Part shown: one piece after another, positions 10,286-22,134 of the stretch
Layout of the letters: every line of letters begins with the position of its first letter
Position numbering within the stretch: the first letter of the stretch is position 1
Assembly (NCBI GenBank): GCA_038087875.1
Contig: CM075989.1
Location: 8,434,001 to 8,498,000 of the forward strand
From: Malacoraja senta
Lineage: Eukaryota
Direction: 5' to 3'
DNA length: 64,000 nucleotides
Program-made: the position numbers and the translations under genes
Notes under the pieces: generated by a model
The model's database searches: none
Seen by the model: only the letters and a program-made list of their open reading frames with translations
What the model was told of the DNA's origin: nothing

Positions 10286-12584
10286 ATAATCTTGACTCTT
10301 GAATAGTGGAGCAGGCTTGAAGAGGTGAATAACCCACACCTATTTATTGTTTATTATATTCCTATTAGTATTCCTTAATTCTGCAGATCTATGTATGTGG
10401 TTGATGAGTATTGTGTGCATTGGGATACTGAGCCGCACAGAGAGTCTCAGAGTCAACCTTCTTTCTGTGTTGACAGCAGAAATCTACAAAGGGAGCTCCA
10501 AGGAGGATCACTGTTCTTGGTGAAAGAGCGTGCTAAAAACCAGCCTCAGCTGAAGGCTGAAGTGTCCCGACCCAAAACATCACCCATCCTTTTTCTCCAG
10601 AGATCGAGATGCTGCCTGACCCGCTGCGTTACTCTAGCACTTCTTGCTATAAGCTATAGCACTTCAGCTATAAAGATCTTTTAGCAGAAAAGGATGTTGG
10701 CACTATGTTGGGGTTCACGTCACATTATCTTTCTTTTGATATTTTTCCCCCTGGCCGTGAGATTAATTGGCATTGCAAAGATGTGCGGTTTCATGAGAGG
10801 CCTATCTGGTATACTAAGCCTTGGAAATGGTTAATATCCAGATGTAACTGAATATAGCATTCAGAATTAAAATTCTCAAACCCAATTAAGTCAGGTTTCT
10901 GATTCATTGATTAATTGAAAGATGCATCATGGAAACAGGCTCTTTGGCCCACCGAGTCCACACCACCATTGATCGCACTTTCTCATAGTTCAATATTATT
11001 ACACTGTCGCATCCACTCCGCACACACTTGGGGCAATTTAAGCTCTAACCCACACACATTTAGGATGTGAGACATCCAGCAGGAAACACCCGTGGTCACA
11101 GAAAATTATGCAAACTCCACACAGGCAGCACCCGAGGTCAGAATCGAAGCCGGGTCCCTGGTGCTCTACCAACTGTGCCTCTCTGCCACCCATATTTTGA
11201 AAAACATTTTCAAAAGTTTGTTGTACAGCAAATAGAACAAAATCACTTTGGGAACCATGCTTCTAAGCTCCCATGTACTTTCAGATCAAATTAAGGAAGG
11301 CAGATTCTATTATTTACTCTACATGACTGAATTTTGAACAGCCGACTGACCTTGGTATTTTTAGTGGCCTTCTGTTGAGTGATGCCAAAAAATTGAGATG
11401 GGATTAAGTTCCCTACACTAACCTCTGGCCACAAGGGCACCCTAACATGCTCTGACTTGTACAGTCACTGGATGATTTCCAAGGTTCCTAAGGCCTTTCA
11501 CTGGCTTGTGCTTTAGCAGTGGTGCCTTCATCACTATTTGGACTGATTAGGGCTTTCAGTGAGAAATTATAAGGCAGAGGTCACATTTGAGGAACTTTAA
11601 CATTGGATAATGGGGCTAGTGCAATTGATAAAATCTATTTTCATTCTTACTTCTGGCTGAGAGCTTGTTTCCCCCTATTCTAATCCTAGATAGGAGATAA
11701 AGTTGGCTTTACAGCCCAACAGACAAACAAATATTGATGCATAAAGAATTTTGAAGTATGCACCAGTACAGAATGAGCAAAGTATTACTAGATTCAGATG
11801 TAGGCATTCAAGTGCAACTAATAGGATGTACTGGACATGTTTTGCAGAGGGATGCCAAGGATTGTGATAGTATATCACAGCTGCAAGCTGGAAAGTAAAT
11901 AGTAGTTTGCCTGCGGTTGCAGATGAAAATCAATGAAGAATTGAACACATTTTTGATGTTTTTCCGCTTAATGAACACCCTTACCAAGGTCTTTAAAATT
12001 ATAGACAGGTCTAACAGGAGGACCATTGAGAAAATCGTTGCAATGAATTTGAAAAAAGTCATAGATATCCTTCTGGGTCCACAGTAATTCCCATGCATGG
12101 AAGTTTTCTTGTTCATTTTTCAAATAGCTTCATGGCCTTCCTACAGATCTCGGGAATATTCTTTGGTCTGGTTAATGTTCAGGACATCATCAGTCCTCCC
12201 ATTCCGGCCAACAGGTCATCTCCAACTTTAATTGCTTCACCTCAGGTGGCCACAGCTTCAGCTAGCTCAGCTCCAATTTCCAGAAAGCCCCCTAAAATAT
12301 CTCCACTTTTTATCACATTATCCTCCTATAAATGTTCTTTATAACCTACCTTATTTGGTCCAATTTTGGTTAACGGTCCTAATGTATTCCCATACAGCTC
12401 AGAGGCAATTTCATTATTTCAAAATGTCCTGTGATATTGTATTATGTTCAACGTGCTAGATAAATAGAAGCTACTGAAATGAAGGGCATTGAAAATGAGG
12501 ATTTTAAATTGGGTTGGAGTTATTATATGTCAATAAGCATAGATGTTAAGAGCAAGTACAATACTCACAGACAAAGGGTCTCAA

Positions 12585-12800
12585 AGGACTTGGCCTCCAC
12601 AGCCTTCTGTGACAATGAAGTCCACAGATTCACCACCCTGACTAAAATTCCTCCTCATCTCCTTCCTAAAAGAACGTCCTTCAATTCTGAGGCTATGACC
12701 TTTATTCCTAGACTCTCCCACTAGTGGAAACATCCTCTTCACATCCACTCTATCCAAGCCTTTCTCTATTCTGGACGTTTCAATGAGGCTCTCCTTTTTA
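12585..12800 (-). mobile_element. CR1 LINE 3' fragment
   Basis: 'GLDRVDVKRMFPLVGESRNKGHSLRIEGRSFRKEMRRNF' in ORF 12581-12826. Confidence 0.8.
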
Positions 12801-14353
12801 TCTCCAAATGCGAGCATCAGAAGCATCTTGTGCCTCCACCATATTGGAAGCAGAATTGTGGATGAGCATATTTATATAGAGGAGAAAATGGTAAGATGTC
12901 AGGAGACTGGTCCAGAGGTACGAATGCATGGATGAATATTTCAGCAGAAGACCAGTGGCGGTGACAAAACTGCGTGATCATGAAGATCAAAATAGGCAGA
13001 ATAGGTGATAGAACTGATGTGTGGACATGTAAAATACACTGTGCTGGGCATGACAAATGATTATTTTAATGCCAGTTGCAGAAAACTGAATATTGTAATA
13101 TTGTTCTCACCCACTTATGGCTGACCTGGATGACTGAGATTTGGTTTGTAATAGGAATCTAACCTTCTCTAGCCTGCTTTTAGCGAGACTGAGTGATCCA
13201 TCATCTTCTGGGCAAGTTCTTGCTTGTATGTTCTTAAGTGATTACTCCCGTAGCGTGCATCTCTCCCATTCACAGCCTACATCCTCTAGGCCACTCCCTA
13301 ACCGCTAAAATATACTCTCTCTCACTCCACTTTGAAACCTAAACTTAAAAGAAACACTGTAAAAAGCAAGATCAAAGCAAATAAAATTAAAACCTTCAAG
13401 CTCCCTCTGACTCATTCCTTTTGATTGGTTAAGGACTTTGATCACATTTCTTCAATTATCACCTCTAATAACTCAGTGTAAGCTTATAAAACCATTGACA
13501 CTGTAAGATTACTACTATTCTCTAAAGCTCCCCAAGGTTCGATAGTAAAAAGAAGGATTGTAATTGTTGATTCTTCGTTATTTTGTTTGAATTGATAAGA
13601 AGTGTTAATGCAAGTAATGGCCTAAGAATCCGATGTTACAGCTCTCGATACGAGGTTAAATCTCGGAGGTTTTACTTTTACCTCCCGCTGGTGTGATTGC
13701 TACGGACTGATCTGTTTTGTTCAATCGAGGACAATTCAGTTCTGTTTTGTTGTGTTTCATAATCCATACCTGACATTTGTTGGCAATCACAGCGTGGAGT
13801 GCAGCAAAGACACAGCGGTCAACTTTACTGATGGCAAACTTTCACCCCTTCTAATAATCCCTTCACCTCAGGATGTTAGGCTACAATGCCAAACCCTGCG
13901 GATTTCAGGAGGAGAACTTTGAGACATAGAACAGCACCCCACTGATAAATCTGATTTATGGGTTGTTGCTGCCATGGTGATACACCTTGTTAGACAGGTT
14001 TTGTTTGGTCGATCACAAAGAGATATTAGGATTGATAATCAAAGCTTGACGATAGAGGTAGTCACTAGGGGGTGGTCTGAAGTAGAAGAGGAAGGCAGAG
14101 AGGTGACAAGAGACTGCGGCTGCTGGGATCTTGAGCAAAACAACAAAATTGCTGGAGGAACTCAGTGGGATCAGGCAACAATCTCTGAAAGGAAATGGAC
14201 AGACAATGTTTTAGGTCCAGAACCTTATAAACTAGAGTGAAGATGGGTCCCAAACCAACACATCACCTGGAGGCAATATCTCTGGATCAGGGATGCTGCC
14301 TGACCCACTGAGTTCCTCCAGAGGAAAAAAGAGTTTAGGAAGAGAATCATAGA

Positions 14354-14650
14354 GGGCAGCACGGTGACGCATCGGTAGTTACTGCCTTACAGCGCCAGAA
14401 CCCCAGGTTCGATCCTGACTACGGACGCTTGTCTGTACGGAGTTTGTACGTTCTCCCCATGACCGCATGGGTTTTCCTCCGAGATCTTCGGTTTTCTCGC
14501 ACACTCCGGAGACGTACAGGTTTGTAGGTTAATTGGCTTGGTGTAAATGCAAATTGTCCTTAGTGTGTGTAGATAGTGTTAATGTGTGGGGATTGCTGGT
14601 CGGTGCGGACTCGGTGGGCTGAAGGGCCTGTTTCTGCACTGCATCTGTAA
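14354..14650 (+). mobile_element. HE1-type V-SINE
   Basis: gggcagcacggtgacgca head, ggttcgatcc B box, V domain, CR1-like tail. Confidence 0.85.
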
Positions 14651-15084
14651 ATAAGTTAGAGCTTAAGGTTTTGGTAGTGAAGGCATGGAAATCAAGACTT
14701 AAAGGATAGCCTACTGGCAAATTGCTAGATAATGAGGACTGATTAGTGCTGCACAGATTATTATTTAGATCTTTCTCCTAACTCAGCATTGGATGTAATA
14801 TAATCTGTTACATATTTAGTTCATCAGCATACTGATGAAGACATCTTGTCTGCATTCCAGGGATTTATTAATTTCATTGTTAGTAATAAAATTATTTGCC
14901 CAGTTGACAGGTTGATTAAAATGACTGAATTACAGAATTACTGAATTACTCTTCTTACATGCACCTGCAATTTCCTCATGCCCTACATATCAACTACCAT
15001 TCAGAGTGTTATAAGCAACTTCCATCAATGGGTTTTGCCCCCGCAGCTTCTCAGCTCCACCCAAATCTACACTACTCAGATTTT

Positions 15085-15510
15085 TAGACTTTTCAGATAC
15101 AGGGCGGAAACAGGCCCTTCGGCCCACTGAGTCTGCGCTGACAAGCCATCACCAATTTTTTAAATTTTTATATGGATGTATGGTAATCTAATTTCTTCTC
15201 TGTAAAGCACTTTGGCTTCAACGTGATTTGATTTAAAAGTGCTCTATAAATAAAAATGACTTACTACTTACTTACTTACCCCCATACACTAGCACTATCC
15301 TACACACGAGGGACAATTTACAATTTTACTGAAGCTTTATACCTGTACATCTTTGGAGTGTTGGAGGAAACCGGAGCACCCGGAGAAAACCCGCGCAGTC
15401 GCAAGGGGACCATACAAACTCCGTACAGACAGCACTTGTAGTCAGGATCCGACCCGGGTCTCTGGAGCTGTAAAGCAGCAACTCTACCGCTGTGTCATTC
15501 TGCCGCCCCT
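15085..15510 (-). mobile_element. HE1-type V-SINE interrupted by an L2-type tail (~15155-15280, + strand)
   Basis: SINE reverse complement on both sides of tgtaaagcactttgg...gtgctctataaataaa...(tact)n. Confidence 0.7.
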
Positions 15511-16876
15511 GATTCTACATCATGATCTGCTAAGCCAAGCTCCTGTGCACCTTGTATTCATATCATCCTCGCCTTATTTCACTTTTTGCTTCTTCTTCCT
15601 TAAATGTCACAAACTCTGAAATATTTAATTCCAGCTTTGGTCACTCTGTAATGGCCTGTGTTGCTATTTCATACACCCTGTAGCTGCTCCAGTGTGCATT
15701 TGTATTTGGTGGTTTTCCTTACTCTGATCTGCCTTTGTTTCTGCTCCCCCATTTGTTTTGCTCACATCCAGCTTTATTCTTTCCTTCCAGAACCTCCTTT
15801 TGAGTTTTAACTGGTAAAAAATATACTCTTCTTACTGATTACTTCTTACAAAGAAGCCATTTTTCCACTTGAATCCGATTCTTGTTAACCCCAAAGGTTA
15901 TCATTTGACATTTTAGATATTAAAATCCAGGTAGTGAAGACTGACTATGCTGTAAATGTTCCCTGTGGATAGAAGGTACTGCTTATCATAACCTGACACA
16001 TGTTTCTCTGGACTTTTATTCTTTGTGTATTTATCCCAGCCCAGGGAATTAATGGAATTGTTTAATATGAACCCATGTGTTCATGTCAAATATTGGTTAA
16101 TCATTCTGCACGATGTGCTTTCATCGCCATGGCAACTGGTTAAAAATAAGAGGTGGCTTACAAATTCTGCAATGCCTGGACACTGCTAATGATTACCGAT
16201 AGTGTCAGAAATCCCAGCACTGTTGTGTAACAGGAGCTACGCGCAAATTGTCAGTCAGAATCTTCCTTTCCAGAGCAATGGATATTAAACCCTAGATCAA
16301 AAAGGCCAGACTTACTGAAAAGCCGACTGAAGTTAAAGAAATCATCTGAAGCCCTCCGCTGTCTCCTGGCTACATTGATCCAAAATCAATAGGGAAATTG
16401 TTTCCACTTGTGGGAGAGACGGAAACAATGGTCATAAATATAAGATAACCAATAGTAATCAAGTGGTGAATTCAAGGCAAAGCTCAGTAAAACGAGTGGT
16501 TAGAATGTGAAACCTCACCATAAGGTGCACTAAGACACAAGCTAGTTAAATCCATAAAGAATCATGGGATGGAAGGGATAGACAATGTCGGATGAAGTAA
16601 TGTGGGGTGAGGCTCATATCGATTATCAAACGTCAGAAGGCCTGAATGGCCTTAGTTGATTATGTATCTTTTAACCAAATTTGTGATTAATTTGGATAGT
16701 CACAGTATGACTGTAAACATGCTAATTTGTAGGCAGTTGGCTCTCTGATTCAAAGACGGCAGAATGCTGTGCATTTTCGAAAAACTGAAAAAAACCCAGA
16801 TTTAATGGCAGAAGACCCTTCTATGGTAACAGTAATGAGCATCACAGCTAAGGATGACTTCATGGTGCTACTTTAA

Positions 16877-17349
16877 ATAGACAATAGGTGCAGGAGTAGG
16901 CCATTCAGCCCTTCGAGCCAGCACCGCCATTCAATGTGATCATGGCTGATCATCCCCAATCAGTACCCCGTTCCTGCCTTCTCCCCATAACCCCTGACTC
17001 CGCTATTTTTAAGAGCCCTATCTAGCTCTCTCTTGAAAGTATCCAGAGAACCTGCCTCCACCGCCCTCTGAGGCAGAGAATTCCACAGACTCACCACTCT
17101 CTGTGAGAAAAAGTTTCCTCGTCTCCGTTCTAAATGGCTTACTCCTTATTCTTAAACTGTGGCCCCTGGTTCTGGACTCCCCCAACATTGGGAACATGTT
17201 TCCTGCCTCTAGCGTGTCCAAACCCTTAACAATCGTATATGTTTCAATGAGATCCCCTCTCGTCCTTCTAAACTCCAGAGTGTACAAGCCCAGCTGCTCC
17301 ATTCTCTCAACATATGACAGTCCCGCCATCCCGGGAATTAACCTTGTAA
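16877..17349 (-). mobile_element. CR1 LINE 3' fragment (outer host of the nest; continues at 22130-22206)
   Basis: 'TRLIPGMAGLSYVERMEQLGLYTLEFRR.RGDLIETY'; continuation aaacctacgctgcactccctcaatagc after the Penelope; accttgtaa duplicated at 17341-17349 and 22130-22138. Confidence 0.9.
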
Positions 17350-18430
17350 GCCAATCTTTCCCCCCTGAACGCACTGCCATCGACTCATTCCGCAACAACC
17401 TAGATTGGGTTATCAAACCCGCCGACAAGGGAGGTGCCGTGGTAGTCTGGCGCGTCGATCTCTACAAAGCTGAGACCACGCGTCAACTCTCGGATACCTC
17501 CTCCTACTTACCCTTGGACCATGACCCCACTGACGAGCACCAGGCCACCATCTCCAGCACCATCACCGACTTCATCCACTCCCACGCCCTGCCCGACCGA
17601 GCCTCCAACCTCATCGTTCCCCAGCCCCGCACAGCCCGCTTTTACCTTCCCCCCAAAATCCACAAACCTGACTGTCCCGGTAGACCCATTGTCTCTGCCT
17701 GTTCGTGCCCCACCGAACTCATCTCCACCTACCTCGACTCCATCCTATCCCCCTTGGTTAAATCCCTCCCTATCTATGTTCAAGACACCTCAGACACTCT
17801 CCGTCGTCTCCACGCATTCCGCTCTCTAGGCCCTCACCCCTTCATCTTCACCATGGACGTCCAGTCATTGTACACCTCCATCCCCCACCAGGATGGTCTC
17901 GAAGCCCTCCGTTTTCTCCTCGACCGAAGAAGCAACCTATACCCGGCCATTGACACCCTCCTCCGCCTAGCGGAGCTGGTCCTTACCCTCAATAACTTCT
18001 CATTTGACTCCTCCCATTTCCTCCAAATACAAGGCGTAGCTATGGGCACATGCTTGGGCCCCAGCTACGCCTGCCTCTTTGTCGGGTACGTAGAACAATC
18101 CTTGTTCAATGCGTACCAGGGCCCCATCCCCGACCTCTACCTCCGCTACATCGATGACTGTTTTGGTGCCACATCCTGCACCCACACACAACTGACTGAC
18201 TTCATCCGCTTCACCACCAACTTCCATCCGGCACTCAAATACACCTGGACCATTTCCAACACTTCCCTACCATTCCTTGACCTCACTATTTCCATCGCAG
18301 GTGATAGACTTCTTACCGACATCCACTACAAACCTACCGACTCCCATGGCTATCTGGACTACACTTCTTCCCACCCTGCTTCCTGTAAGGACTCCATCCC
18401 CCACTCCCAATTCCTCCGTCTATGCCACAT
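17350..18430 (+). CDS. Penelope-like element reverse transcriptase, 5'-truncated (part 1)
   Basis: VIKPADKGGAVVV, FYLPPKIHK..PGRPIVS, MDVQSLYTSIP, GVAMGTCLGPSYA, YLRYIDD and LPFLD are diagnostic PLE RT motifs; no stops. Confidence 0.95.
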
Positions 18431-21146
18431 AGAAACATAGAAACATAGAAAGTAGGTGCGAGAGTAGACCACCAGGCCCATCGAGCCCGCACCGCCATTC
18501 GCTCATGGCTGAACACTAAACAGACACCCTTACCCACAAACAGTAGACACAAGACACAGAACACAAGACACTACCCTCCCCTTTATATCGCTATCACCCC
18601 TCTCCACCCCAAGAACCGCGTGATCTCCTGGGGAGGCAAAAAAACGGATAAAAACCCAGGTCCAATTCGGGAAAAAAATCCGGGAAATTCCTCTCCGACC
18701 CCAATCCAGGCGATCGACACTTGTCCAGGAGATCACTCAGGTCTTACTATACTAACCATACCTAGGTCCATATCCCTGCCCTCTCCCCGTAGCCCCTTAT
18801 CCCCTTGGCAGCTAAAAAACCATCTATTTTAGATTTAAATATATTTAATGTTTCTGCTTCCACTGCTCCCTGGGGCAGTGAATTCCATAAATTAACCACC
18901 CTCTGGGTGAAGAAGTTCTTCCTCATCTCAGTTTTAAAAGAGCCCCCTCTTATTCTACAACTATGTCCCCTAGTTCTAGTTTCCCCGATCATTGGGAACA
19001 TCCTCGGTGCATCCACCCGATCAAGGCCCCTCACGATCTTATATGTTTCAATGAGATCGCCTCTCATTCTTCTAAACTCCAAAGAGTAGAGTTCCAGCCT
19101 ACTTAACCTTTCCTCATATGTCAATCCCCTCATTGCAGGAATTAATCTTGTAAACCTTCGCTGCACTGCCTCCAGGGCCAGTACATCCTTTCTTAAGTAT
19201 GGACCCCAGAACTGTACACAGTATTCCAAATGTGGTCTCACTAATACTGTGTACAGCTGCAGCAAGACCTCCGTGTTTTTATACTCAATCCCCCTAGCAA
19301 TAAAGGCCAAAACTCCATTGGCCTTCCTGATTGCTTGCTGCACCTGCATACTAACTTTTAGTGATTCATGTACTACTACCCCTAGATCCCTTTGCGTTGC
19401 ATTACAACGCAGCTCCACCTCATTTAGAAAATAACTTGCCCTATCATTTTTTTTCCCAAAGTGAATGACTTCACATTTATTAGTATTAAATTTCATCTGC
19501 CAAGTTGTTGCCCACTCACCTAGCTTATCTATATCCTTTTGCAGACTCTTCCTATCCTCCTCATCCCCTACTTTTCCTCCCATTTTTGTATCGTCCGCAA
19601 ATTTTGATATATTACACTTGGTTCCCTCCTCCAAATCATTTATATAAATTGTAAACAACTGGGGTCCCAGCACCGACCCTTGCGGAACCCCGCTAGTTAC
19701 CGGTTGCCATCCCGAGTATGAACCATTTATCCCCACTCTCTGTTTCCTATTTGTTAGCCAATCCTCTACCCATGCTAATATATTACCCCCAATCCCATAA
19801 TTTTTTATTTTTAGCAATAGTCTCTTATGTGGCACCTTGTCAAAAGCCTTTTGGAAGTCCAAGTATACCACATCCACCGGTTCCCCTTTATCCACCCGGG
19901 TTGTTACTTCCTCAAAGAATTCGAGCAGATTCGTTAAACAGGACTTCCCCTTCACAAAACCATGCTGGTTCTGTCCGATGAAGTCATGTTTATCCAAGTG
20001 CCCCGTTAGTGTTTCTTTAATAATTGTCTCTAACATTTTACCCACCACCGATGTTAGACTAACCGGTCTATAGTTACCCGCCTTCTGTTTACTTCCTTTT
20101 TTAAATATAGGTGTTACATTGGCCATTTTCCAATCCACTGGGACCGTTCCTGCCTCCAGGGAGTTTTGGAAAATTATCACCAATGCATCCACAATCCCCA
20201 CCGCTATCTCCCTCAAGACCCTTGGATGTAATCCATCAGGCCCAGGGGATTTATCCTCCTTCAGTCTCATTAATTTCCCTAATACCACCTCCTTGGTGAT
20301 CTTAATAGTATTTAGCTCCTCCATTCCTACCGCCCCCTGTTTATCCAGCGTTGGAATATTTTTTGTGTCTTCTATGGTGAAGACTGATACAAAATACTCG
20401 TTTAATGCCTTTGCCATTTCCATGTTCCCCACCAACAACTCTCCAGTCTCACCCTCCAATGGACCAACGTTCACCTTAGCCACCCTTTTTCTTTTTATAT
20501 AGCTATAAAAACTCTTACTATTAGTTTTTATGTTGTTCGCTAAATTCCTTTCATAGTCTATTTTCCCCGTCTTAATTAATCTCTTAGTTATTTTTTGCTG
20601 ACCTTTAAATGCTTCCCAATCCTCTACCCTCCCACTATCTCTAGCTACCTTATATGCCCTTGCCTTCAGCCGAATACTATCCTTTATAGTTTTACTGAGC
20701 CATGGCTGACTGTTCTTTCCCTTACCCCTTTTTTTCTTCATAGGAATAAATTTTTCTTGAAGGTTATACAGTAGATCCTTAAACGTACACCACTGCTCAT
20801 GTACCGTCTTATTCTTGAGTCTGCTATCCCAGTCAACTTTGATCAGCTCAGTCCTCATACCTTCATAATCCCCTTTATTTAGACTAAGTACCCTAGCCTG
20901 AGTTTCAACCTGCTCTCCTTCTATTTGAATATGGAATTCGACCATATTGTGGTCACTTGTTCCCAACGAGTCCCTAACTATGACATTTTTAATTAATCCT
21001 GCTTCATTACACAGGACCAGATCCAAGATTGCCTCCCTCCTTGTCGGTTCTGTGACATACTGTTCTAGGAACCCGTCTCTAATACATTCTATAAACTCTT
21101 CCTCTAGTCTACCCTGCCCAGTTTGGTTTGCCCAATTAATATGAAA
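18428..21146 (-). mobile_element. Young 5'-truncated CR1 LINE inserted in the Penelope ORF
   Basis: (TTTCTATG)n CR1 tail at 18428-18450; 3' UTR up to 18761; uninterrupted ORF2. Confidence 0.95.
18762..21146 (-). CDS. CR1 ORF2: C-terminal part of APE endonuclease plus reverse transcriptase
   Basis: ILDLVL and SDHNMV (APE); KSPGPDG, NYRPVSLTS, QHGF, YLDFQKAFDKV, GVPQGSVLGP and FADD; open for ~795 codons. Confidence 0.95.
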   Translation of the reverse strand, partial: FHINWANQTGQGRLEEEFIECIRDGFLEQYVTEPTRREAILDLVLCNEAGLIKNVIVRDSLGTSDHNMVEFHIQIEGEQVETQARVLSLNKGDYEGMRTELIKVDWDSRLKNKTVHEQWCTFKDLLYNLQEKFIPMKKKRGKGKNSQPWLSKTIKDSIRLKARAYKVARDSGRVEDWEAFKGQQKITKRLIKTGKIDYERNLANNIKTNSKSFYSYIKRKRVAKVNVGPLEGETGELLVGNMEMAKALNEYFVSVFTIEDTKNIPTLDKQGAVGMEELNTIKITKEVVLGKLMRLKEDKSPGPDGLHPRVLREIAVGIVDALVIIFQNSLEAGTVPVDWKMANVTPIFKKGSKQKAGNYRPVSLTSVVGKMLETIIKETLTGHLDKHDFIGQNQHGFVKGKSCLTNLLEFFEEVTTRVDKGEPVDVVYLDFQKAFDKVPHKRLLLKIKNYGIGGNILAWVEDWLTNRKQRVGINGSYSGWQPVTSGVPQGSVLGPQLFTIYINDLEEGTKCNISKFADDTKMGGKVGDEEDRKSLQKDIDKLGEWATTWQMKFNTNKCEVIHFGKKNDRASYFLNEVELRCNATQRDLGVVVHESLKVSMQVQQAIRKANGVLAFIARGIEYKNTEVLLQLYTVLVRPHLEYCVQFWGPYLRKDVLALEAVQRRFTRLIPAMRGLTYEERLSRLELYSLEFRRMRGDLIETYKIVRGLDRVDAPRMFPMIGETRTRGHSCRIRGGSFKTEMRKNFFTQRVVNLWNSLPQGAVEAETLNIFKSKIDGFLAAKGIRGYGERAGIWT

Positions 21147-21929
21147 ATCTGCTCCCAGGATGAGGTGTTCCACACCAGGACATCCGAAATGTCCTCATTC
21201 TTCAGGGAACGGGGGTTCCCCTCCTCCACCATAGATGAGGCTCGCACCAGGGTCTCTGCCATACCCCGCAACACTGCTCTCTCTCCCCATCCCCCCACTC
21301 ACAACAAGGGCAGAGTCCCCCTAGTCCTCACCTTTCACCCCACCCGCCGTTACATACAACAAGTGATCCTCCGTCAGTTTCGCCACCTCCAATGTGACCC
21401 CACCACTCGCCACATCTTCCCATCTCCCCCCATGTCTGCCTTCCGCAAAGACCGCTCCCTCCGTAACTCCCTTGTCAATTCTTCCCTTCCCTCCCGTACC
21501 ACCCCCTCCCCGGGTACTTTCCCTTGCAACCGCAAGAGATGCAACACTTGTCCCTTCACCTCCCCCCTCGACTCCATTCAAGGACCTAAGCAGTCGTTCC
21601 AGGTGCGACAGAGGTTCACCTGCATCTCCTCCAACCTCATCTATTGCATCCGCTGCTCTAGATGCCAGCTGATCTACATCGGTGAGACCAAGCGGAGGCT
21701 TGACGATCGTTTCGCCGAACACCTCCGGTCGGTCCGCAATAACCAACCTGACCTCCCGGTGGCTCAGCACTTCAACTCCCCCTCCCATTCCGTATCTGAC
21801 CTCTCCGTCCTGGGTCTCCTCCATGGCCACAGCGAGCAACACCGGAAATTGGAGGAAATGCACCTCATATTCCGCTTGGGCAGTCTACATCCTGGGGGCT
21901 TGAACATTGAATTCTCCCAATTCTGCTAG
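21147..21929 (+). CDS. Penelope-like element thumb/linker plus GIY-YIG endonuclease (part 2)
   Basis: ERGFP, CNRKRCNTC, NLIYCIRCSRCQLIYIGETKRRLDDRFAEH, PVAQHF and GLN motifs; in frame with part 1 once the CR1 is removed. Confidence 0.95.
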   Translation: MCSQDEVFHTRTSEMSSFFRERGFPSSTIDEARTRVSAIPRNTALSPHPPTHNKGRVPLVLTFHPTRRYIQQVILRQFRHLQCDPTTRHIFPSPPMSAFRKDRSLRNSLVNSSLPSRTTPSPGTFPCNRKRCNTCPFTSPLDSIQGPKQSFQVRQRFTCISSNLIYCIRCSRCQLIYIGETKRRLDDRFAEHLRSVRNNQPDLPVAQHFNSPSHSVSDLSVLGLLHGHSEQHRKLEEMHLIFRLGSLHPGGLNIEFSQFC

Positions 21930-22134
21930 CCCTTGCTGTCCCCTCCCTTTCATCAGCCCTCTGGTTGTCTCCTCCCCTCCCCCAGCCCTCGGGCTCCTCC
22001 TCCGCCTTTTTTCCTTTCTTCTCCCCACCCCCTATCAGTCTGAAGAAGGGTTTCGGCCCGAAACGTTGCCTATTTCCTTCGCTCCATAGATGCTGCTGCA
22101 CCCGCTGAGTTTCTCCAGCATTTTTATGTACCTT
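21930..22134 (+). mobile_element. Penelope 3' terminal region (pLTR) with hammerhead-like core at 22040-22067
   Basis: ctgaagaagggtttcggcccgaaacgtt; matches the arms of 485-871 and the copies at 25981 and 40884. Confidence 0.85.

Noticed and set aside
17103..17349. N-terminal ~82 aa of the 445-aa ORF
   Set aside because: Antisense CR1 sequence that happens to be open and in frame with the Penelope RT; not a real fusion protein start
21147..21173. First residues (MEHLILGA) of the 803-aa CR1 ORF
   Set aside because: Read from the antisense Penelope flank; the CR1 is 5'-truncated at ~21146
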